From a bacterium (GTDB taxonomy: Bacteria > Zhuqueibacterota > Zhuqueibacteria > Oceanimicrobiales > Oceanimicrobiaceae), in contig JBHIAC010000090.1 of assembly GCA_046758365.1 (NCBI GenBank), forward strand, positions 1 through 13,227: 13,227 nt of DNA, in the 5' to 3' direction. The position numbers and the translations under genes were made by a program. The notes under the pieces are model-generated. The model did no database searches and had not been told where the DNA came from. It was given only the letters and a program-made list of their open reading frames with translations. Shown here in pieces: positions 7,484 through 13,227 of the stretch (position 1 is its first letter; every line of letters starts with the position of its first letter).

Positions 7484-9002
7484 TTATAAATTGCCTGGAT
7501 ATTTTTATTGATTTATATTTTTTATATTGATTGTAGAGTTCGCGGTATTTATTGTCTAAATCTTTTTTATTATAAAATTGGGCAACTCTTCTTTTACCGG
7601 CCTCACCCATTTTTTCTCGAAGGTCTTTTGATTTCCAAATTTTTATTATCGCGTCAGCGATTTCCTTTGAATTGGTAACCCCTGTTATAAATCCGCTCTT
7701 TCCTAATAAAGTATCTTCGTAGGTACTACCATATAACAGTTCTCGGCAAGCCCCAACATCAGTAGCCACCACCGGAATCCCCATACAATTTGCTTCTAAA
7801 ATTACTAATGGCTGCGCTTCGCTTATGCTTGTAAGTACCAATATATCGATTTTGGGATAATACTCTATCACATTAACCTTTCCTGTAAATTCGATAATTT
7901 TATCCATGCCTAATAACTCAGTTAATTTCAAACACTCTTCATAGTATGCCTCTTCTTCGTCCGTTGGACCCATGATATATACTTTTAATTTGTTCACTAC
8001 ATCAGCTACGCCTTTACAAGCCCGAATGAAAGTTTTAACATCTTTAATCGATACCACACGGCCCATAAATCCTATAACAAACTCATCCGGTTCTTCTTTC
8101 TTTTCTCTAATCAATGCTTGATATATTTCTACATCGACTCCATTGGGTATGATCATCATTTTATTGGGATCAGCCCCATCATCAAGTTGACATGTTTGAT
8201 TACCTTGAAACAACGTTATAATAATATCAGAATATTCATAACAAATTTTACTCAAGGTGGTGAACATATTATTCCAAAGTTCTTTGAACCTGCTTTGCGA
8301 TTTTAGTACTTTTACTTGATGGATATCTTTTTCATAAATCCAATCTGCCCTACTAATTTCAATGCGCCTTTCTCTAGTATAAATTCCATGTTCGGTCAAA
8401 AATAAAGGCCGTTGGTATTTCAATTTTCCTATTACAGCCATGAGGCCGGCATACCCGGTTGAAACCGTATGATATACACAGGCCTCTGGGAGTTCTGAAG
8501 TTAAAATTTTAAAAATAGGTAAATGAATAAACCGTACGGTCCAGAAATAATCAAGAAAAGATTCATCATTTGCTTTTTCTTGGTACAACTTTGATAAAAT
8601 ATTCCAAGCTTCTTTTGTATGAAGAATATTTTCTGGAGAGATTCTCCTGGTATCTTGCTTGAAAAAATGTTTAAAAATCGATTCAAAAAAAATTAATTTA
8701 TCAGAGTTTCTTTGACACGTATGAAAGTGTTCTAAATCACGCCAGGCCTCTTTTACTATTTTATTATTATATTCATCAGGTAATTTTAAATCATGAAGAT
8801 AAACCTCCCTTATTTCTATAATATTTTCGGGAATCGGATATTTAATTTCTCGCTCTGATGCTTTATCCGGCAGGATAACTGCTAAGGAAAAGGAAAACTC
8901 CTTTAGGCTGCTTATCAATTGGTGCACCCAGGTGGAAACCCCTCCTGCTACGTAAGGGTAGGTACCCTCAAGAATTAGACATACATCTGTCTCAGTTCCC
9001 AT
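7464..9002 (-). CDS. pelF: GT4 glycosyltransferase PelF (DUF3492 + GT-B)
   Basis: DVCLILEGTYPYVAGGVSTWVHQLI, YHTVSTGYAG, LTEHGIYTRERRIE, GRVVSIKDVKTFIRA, LTSISEAQPLVILE (EX7E), ATDVGACRE. Confidence 0.96.
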   Translation of the reverse strand: MGTETDVCLILEGTYPYVAGGVSTWVHQLISSLKEFSFSLAVILPDKASEREIKYPIPENIIEIREVYLHDLKLPDEYNNKIVKEAWRDLEHFHTCQRNSDKLIFFESIFKHFFKQDTRRISPENILHTKEAWNILSKLYQEKANDESFLDYFWTVRFIHLPIFKILTSELPEACVYHTVSTGYAGLMAVIGKLKYQRPLFLTEHGIYTRERRIEISRADWIYEKDIHQVKVLKSQSRFKELWNNMFTTLSKICYEYSDIIITLFQGNQTCQLDDGADPNKMMIIPNGVDVEIYQALIREKKEEPDEFVIGFMGRVVSIKDVKTFIRACKGVADVVNKLKVYIMGPTDEEEAYYEECLKLTELLGMDKIIEFTGKVNVIEYYPKIDILVLTSISEAQPLVILEANCMGIPVVATDVGACRELLYGSTYEDTLLGKSGFITGVTNSKEIADAIIKIWKSKDLREKMGEAGKRRVAQFYNKKDLDNKYRELYNQYKKYKSIKISRQFINGGDRI

Positions 9003-9074
9003 AGATTTTATTTACAATCATATTATCAATGCAAATAAAATATTAACAATAAGAAATAGTACGTTATAATTGAT

Positions 9075-9476
9075 TTAAAAGGAAATAACATTATTTATTC
9101 CAATCATTTTTAAACATTTAACCGTGACAGAAAAAATATCCATTTTATTCAGTGGTTTAAATAAATAGGTGTAGGCGCCTTCTTTGATGGCCCTTCTAAC
9201 CAATTCTTGATCACTATAGGATGAAATTATAACAATCTGAGTAGTTGGTTGTATTCTTTTCCATTTTGCTAAGGTTTCTAACCCATCCATATCTGGCATA
9301 TTTACATCGATAAACGCCAAAAATATTTTATGTTTCTGGGCCTTTTCTAAGGCATCAAATCCACTGGAAACCAAATAAAGTTTATATCGGGCGTCTTTGA
9401 TAATTGCACGGAAAAATAATAAGATGTCTGTATCATCATCCGCTACAAGAATAGGTATTTTATGATTGTTATCCAT
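9075..9476 (-). CDS. Single-domain response regulator (receiver only)
   Basis: ILVADDD, FIDVNMPDMDG (phospho-Asp), IISS, YLFKP (conserved Lys); no output domain. GAGG SD; starts 13 nt after the secretin stop. Confidence 0.93.
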   Translation of the reverse strand: MDNNHKIPILVADDDTDILLFFRAIIKDARYKLYLVSSGFDALEKAQKHKIFLAFIDVNMPDMDGLETLAKWKRIQPTTQIVIISSYSDQELVRRAIKEGAYTYLFKPLNKMDIFSVTVKCLKMIGINNVISF

Positions 9477-9489
9477 TGATCATCCTCGT

Positions 9490-11013
9490 CTACTTTAATT
9501 TTTTTTGTAATTTTTGTTTTAATTCAAGATCTTGTCTGAATATATTTGGTGTCTTTTCATCTTCCAAGATGAAGGGTGTAATGAACACCAATAATTCTGT
9601 TTTTACTTTAATAGTTTTTTTGTATTTAAATAAAAGGCCTAAGACTGGAATGCTTCCCAGAAGGGGTACCTTTCGTTGAGTTACAGTCTCAGAATCGCGG
9701 ATCAATCCACCAATTACAATGGTTTGCCCGTTTCTAACTTTAACTTTGGTGGAGGCCTTTCGCGTGGCTATGATTGGCGTCCCATCGGCTGTTGTACCGT
9801 TTTGAAAATCTGCCTTAGGAGCCACTTCTAACATAATAAATACTGAATCAATAATATGTGGTTTAACCAATAATTGCACGGTAGCATCTTTGAATTCGAA
9901 TGAAGTAATTCCAAATTCATTTAAAACTTTAAAAGGTATCTGGTCCCCAACTTCAATCACCGCTTGCTGATTATCCATGGTGGTCACTCTTGGACGGGAT
10001 AGAAGATTCAAATTATTTACCTCGCTTAAAGCATGAAGCACAGCAGTGATATTTGAATTTAGAAGTCCTATTCCCAATCCATCTCCCATAGGTAGTGGCG
10101 CTTTCTGCGAGGTTTCAGCGTTATTTTCTCCCAACGAAATATCGGATCGCAGTCCAAAGTCTGTCCCTACTTGACCAGAAATAGATTTAACATTTGCAGT
10201 TTTCCATAACCATTCTACTCCTAGTTCTGTATTATCCTGCGATGATATCTCTAATATTTCAGCTTGAATATAAACTTGTTTAATGGGTCTGTCTAATTCT
10301 TGAATCAATTTTACCATTTTAGCTAAAACTTCGGGACTCTCTTTAATAATCAACGTATTGGTTCTTTGGTCCGATATAACCGTTCCAAATTCAGAAACAA
10401 CCACACTTTTTAATATTTCTTGAAGCTCTTCGGCCTTGGCATATTTACAAGAAATATTTTTTACCACGGTTTGTTTACCTAATTTATCTGCTTTAGTAAT
10501 ATAAATTACATTTCCATCCAGTTCTCTGTATCCCAAATTATTGGCTTCTAAGATTGCTCTGAAAGCCTCCATCGGTGTGATATTATCCAAATAAGTATTA
10601 AGGTTTCGATCATTAATTTCGGGGTCCATTAGAAAATTTTTTCCAAGTCGATTGGTTAGAAGTTGAAGAGTGTTTTTAAGAGAAACGCCTCTTAGATTTA
10701 GAATAACTTTTCCAGAATAGTTAATTCTTTCTTGAGTAAATTTACCTTCTTGGTTACGCTTTAAATTATAAAAGAATGAGGTGGGTTCGGAAGTACCTGA
10801 CCAAACATTGTTCTGAAAAAACAAAAGGCATATTAATATTGTTAAATGAAATATCCTAACCCGGTCAAGCCGGAACCAAACAGGATAATGATTTAAAATC
10901 CCAAATGACAAATCACAAATCACAAATAAATTCCAAATTCCAACAACTGTTTCAAACACTCTTTTGGGTAATTCGTTAACAAAAACAGCGATGTTTTTAG
11001 CAACTGAAATCAT
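9490..11013 (-). CDS. Outer-membrane secretin (PilQ/GspD family); true start uncertain
   Basis: N0-like LNLRGVSLKNTL, N-domain KYAKAEEL...DQRTNTLII...ELDRPIKQVYIQAEI, secretin domain LSRPRVTTMDNQQAVIEVG, NGQTIVIGGLI, KVPLLGSIPVLGLLF, TELLVFITP. A signal-like segment starts only near residue 53. Confidence 0.93.
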   Translation of the reverse strand: MISVAKNIAVFVNELPKRVFETVVGIWNLFVICDLSFGILNHYPVWFRLDRVRIFHLTILICLLFFQNNVWSGTSEPTSFFYNLKRNQEGKFTQERINYSGKVILNLRGVSLKNTLQLLTNRLGKNFLMDPEINDRNLNTYLDNITPMEAFRAILEANNLGYRELDGNVIYITKADKLGKQTVVKNISCKYAKAEELQEILKSVVVSEFGTVISDQRTNTLIIKESPEVLAKMVKLIQELDRPIKQVYIQAEILEISSQDNTELGVEWLWKTANVKSISGQVGTDFGLRSDISLGENNAETSQKAPLPMGDGLGIGLLNSNITAVLHALSEVNNLNLLSRPRVTTMDNQQAVIEVGDQIPFKVLNEFGITSFEFKDATVQLLVKPHIIDSVFIMLEVAPKADFQNGTTADGTPIIATRKASTKVKVRNGQTIVIGGLIRDSETVTQRKVPLLGSIPVLGLLFKYKKTIKVKTELLVFITPFILEDEKTPNIFRQDLELKQKLQKKLK

Positions 11014-11057
11014 CTCTACTGTAAATCCACTGTTTCGTAATTTAGAATTTTGGTCAT
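10960..11057 (-). pseudogene. Relic N-terminus of a four-helix-bundle (23S rRNA IVS/bAvd-like) protein
   Basis: From ATG 11057: MTKILNYETVDLQ*R*FQ, then a 1-nt frameshift, then AKNIAVFVNELPKR. Resembles the family N-terminus as I recall it (..YDLEERTFxFAKxVxxFVxxLPK). Confidence 0.55.
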
Positions 11058-11061
11058 TTTC

Positions 11062-11124
11062 ACCCCGTTAGATACAGATTATCTAACAATAGTAACCATA
11101 TTATTTAAAGTTATCTAACGGGGT
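11062..11124. mobile_element. 63-bp palindromic mini-element
   Basis: Perfect 13-bp terminal IR ACCCCGTTAGATA (11062-11074) / TATCTAACGGGGT (11112-11124), plus an extra internal TATCTAAC (11080-11087). Confidence 0.7.
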
Positions 11125-11239
11125 AGATTTGTTTGTAATTTGCTGCTTGTAATTTGGTGCTTATCTCGACTCACTCGACGTTAAGACTAGAAATCTTGGC
11201 CCCAAAAGCACCAATTTATTTCGTAAGAGACTACGTCAT

Positions 11240-11770
11240 TTATTCTATATCAGACTTTTCTAAAGGTATCTCTAAAACCAAAATATTTTTATTAGAAGTT
11301 AAAATTGCTCTATTTGGCAAAATTTTAATTACTTTATAGGAACCTATATAACTCCCAACATTGACAATCTTATCGTTGATTATAGCCGATGGTGATGTTT
11401 CATCCCATAAAGTGCCGATTAATTTTAAAGGCTTTTTATTGAAATTTATATTTTTATCTGAAGTTTTAGATATAAGACTATTATTGATTTTTTTGATTTT
11501 ACTTTTTGGTAATTCAAATGGATCTCTTATTAACACAAAGTTAGACTTTGAATGTACGTTATTATTGTATTGTGGCTTAAGCTTTAATTTTTTATACTCG
11601 CTAAATAATTTGAGATAAGTATCTTGCATTTCATCTAAAGTTGGATCAAACAATATTTCATTAAAATTCAAATGCAAGATATTTTTTAATGATAATGTAT
11701 CCCTATATAGGAATGCTAAAAAAAGCAATAAAAATCCTATAATGATTTCTATTCTAAAAAATTTTTTCAT
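11240..11770 (-). CDS. PilP/GspC-like periplasmic alignment protein
   Basis: N-terminal hydrophobic anchor, RDPF motif, and C-terminal beta domain LKLIGTLWD...SAIINDKIVNVGSYIGSYKVIKI. Lies between pilO and the secretin. Confidence 0.7.
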   Translation of the reverse strand: MKKFFRIEIIIGFLLLFLAFLYRDTLSLKNILHLNFNEILFDPTLDEMQDTYLKLFSEYKKLKLKPQYNNNVHSKSNFVLIRDPFELPKSKIKKINNSLISKTSDKNINFNKKPLKLIGTLWDETSPSAIINDKIVNVGSYIGSYKVIKILPNRAILTSNKNILVLEIPLEKSDIE

Positions 11771-11798
11771 CTAGCATTCACCGATTATTAAGATGATA

Positions 11799-12350
11799 CT
11801 AATACAATAATTTTAATCTGACCTGATAATTCAACGTCATAAATATTTTTTTTTTAATGTTAATGGCATTTATGAGCAAAACTTCATCCCAAGACGCCAA
11901 TACTCTTAAAAAATTCAACACCTCTTGAAAGGAGCCTGCGAAATTCAAATCAACAGAAATGGTTGTGAAAAGTCCTGATTTTTTAATCTCATTATTTACT
12001 ACCGAGCTATAAACATTTAACCCTGAATTGTTGGCTTCTCTTTCTAACTTAGTTATAAATAATGGAATTTCTTCGTTAGACAATGTGGAAGAAAATACCC
12101 TCTTTTCTTTCTGTACTAAATTCTTAACTTCCTCATTCAGGATATCCAATATGGAGTTTAAATTCTGAGATTTCAACTGGGTATAATTTTCTCTCATATT
12201 ATTTAAATTTCGTTCTAAAGTCTGTGCCGATTTTTCACATGGACGTAATACAAAATAAATAATTCCTAAATTCGTAGTTATGAATATTATTAGCGCAATA
12301 AGAATTGTCCTGACTTTAACAGCATTTGTTAAATCGTCAATCCACCTCAT
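11799..12350 (-). CDS. pilO: PilO-like bitopic protein
   Basis: One N-terminal TM, a coiled coil, EIPLFITKLEREANNSGL and ISVDLNFAGSFQEVLNFL (PilO GxY/FxxxxxF motif); consistent synteny. Confidence 0.8.
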   Translation of the reverse strand: MRWIDDLTNAVKVRTILIALIIFITTNLGIIYFVLRPCEKSAQTLERNLNNMRENYTQLKSQNLNSILDILNEEVKNLVQKEKRVFSSTLSNEEIPLFITKLEREANNSGLNVYSSVVNNEIKKSGLFTTISVDLNFAGSFQEVLNFLRVLASWDEVLLINAINIKKKIFMTLNYQVRLKLLY

Positions 12351-12376
12351 CTTGTTACATAAAGTAAAATGATATC

Positions 12377-13012
12377 TTATAAAATATTATTTAACCAGTT
12401 AAATTCGATTATAAAGTTATGATAATATCTTTCTTCTAACTTATTCACGTTCATATCACTTAAATCAAAGTGACTCTGGGCTAAAGAAAAAGGACTGAAT
12501 TGTTGAAGCGTGTTTTGAAACTGTTGAATTTGTCCTGTGTTTTTGTTTTCTAAATCTAAAACAAGATTACCTTTAATGAACATAGATTTTTTGTGAGTAT
12601 CGCTCTTGTTATTATTATCGGTCAATTCTTTGCTATCCAAAGCGGATATTTGAATTTCATTCAGCCAAATGTTTTCTGGAATGTTATTAGCCACAATTTC
12701 TAAGCTTTCAAGGACAAAACTCGATTCTAAGGAAATGTCAAAAACCTTTGCCAATTTTTGTCTGTGCTGATTTCTTTGCTGATATAACTGCACGGCCTGT
12801 TGAAACTGTGGAGAAAGTTTGTCTACTTTAAGTTTTATTTTCTTAATTTCTTTATAATGTGAACTTATTATCGATTGTTTTTTTTGATACTGGAGATACA
12901 GAAAAAGAAATGAAATTACCCAAGCTACGCTGTAAATCAAAGTTAAATATCTCTTAATCCGAGCAATTTTTTCATGTGCCAATTCAGTGGCAATGAAATT
13001 AATCTTAATCAC
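12377..13012 (-). CDS. pilN: PilN-like bitopic protein
   Basis: GTG start with AGGAG SD, N-terminal IKINF (INLL-like PilM-binding motif), one TM, a coiled coil and IPENIWLNEI. Confidence 0.82.
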   Translation of the reverse strand: MIKINFIATELAHEKIARIKRYLTLIYSVAWVISFLFLYLQYQKKQSIISSHYKEIKKIKLKVDKLSPQFQQAVQLYQQRNQHRQKLAKVFDISLESSFVLESLEIVANNIPENIWLNEIQISALDSKELTDNNNKSDTHKKSMFIKGNLVLDLENKNTGQIQQFQNTLQQFSPFSLAQSHFDLSDMNVNKLEERYYHNFIIEFNWLNNIL

Positions 13013-13017
13013 AATGT

Positions 13018-13227
13018 CTAATCTCCTCTTAAAAGGGTTCCGATGGTGGGTGTCAAATGGGTGCCTAAAAGTTGTCTGATCTGTTCATCTTGCTGAGGAC
13101 TAGTTATTTTAAAAAAATTCAATGGATTCCACAATTCGGTTTTAATCTTAAGTTTTTCATTAAACGGGTTAACTAATAAGTCGGTTTTGGCTACTCCACC
13201 TGTAAGAAAGATTTTCCCAATTTCAGC
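13018..13227 (-). CDS. pilM: PilM-like actin-fold protein, C-terminal fragment (5' part outside window)
   Basis: Manual translation AEIGKIFLTGGVAKTDLLVNPFNEKLKIKTELWNPLNFF...LTPTIGTLLRGD* shows the LTGG..A and NP motifs. Stop is 5 nt before pilN. Confidence 0.82.
   Translation of the reverse strand, partial: AEIGKIFLTGGVAKTDLLVNPFNEKLKIKTELWNPLNFFKITSPQQDEQIRQLLGTHLTPTIGTLLRGD

Larger units (their letters stand above)
10855..11233. mobile_element. Composite repeat-derived insertion between the pilP-like gene and the secretin body
   Basis: Heptamer run AAATCCC-AAATGAC-AAATCAC-AAATCAC...AAATTCC (10896-10941). Oppositely oriented repeats at 11126-11162 (TTGTAATTTGCTGC / TTGTAATTTGGTGC). Hairpin-bearing end CCTAACCCGGTCAAGCCGGAACCA (10855-10878). 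Boundaries are inferred. Confidence 0.6.

Noticed and set aside
10896..11162. CRISPR array
   Set aside because: The repeats are 7-14 bp and tandem, without unique spacers; no cas genes.
10855..11190. Integron attC site (CCTAAC ... GTTAAG)
   Set aside because: The ends do not match RYYYAAC/GTTRRRY, the span is too long, and there is no cassette array or integrase.
5650..11618. Small ORFs 5650-5841, 7170-7364, 8118-8306, 8501-8686, 9476-9679, 11154-11339, 11361-11618
   Set aside because: They overlap confident genes or repeat DNA and have no independent support.
1..13227. tRNA, rRNA or transposase genes
   Set aside because: None recognisable; intergenic regions are short or explained by repeats.

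Overview
Bacterial window in two halves. The left half (1-4492, more GC-rich) holds a 3'-truncated OPT-family peptide transporter that the ORF track missed, a 70-aa hypothetical protein and a secreted M28/DUF4910-type peptidase. The right half (about 4650-13227, clearly AT-richer) holds an orphan STAS/RsbW-like partner-switch pair converging on a minus-strand run: pilM(partial)-pilN-pilO-pilP-like-secretin-receiver protein-pelF-pelG. The most notable feature is that Pel exopolysaccharide synthase/transporter genes sit directly behind a PilMNOPQ-type secretin machine, with no pelA/B/C/D/E in the window. The secretin 5' end appears split by a ~380-bp nested insertion containing heptamer repeats, a decayed four-helix-bundle gene and a 63-bp palindromic element. 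A 132-bp MITE/REPIN-like element with a 12-bp direct repeat sits at the compositional boundary. All protein calls come from motif recognition by eye, not database searches.
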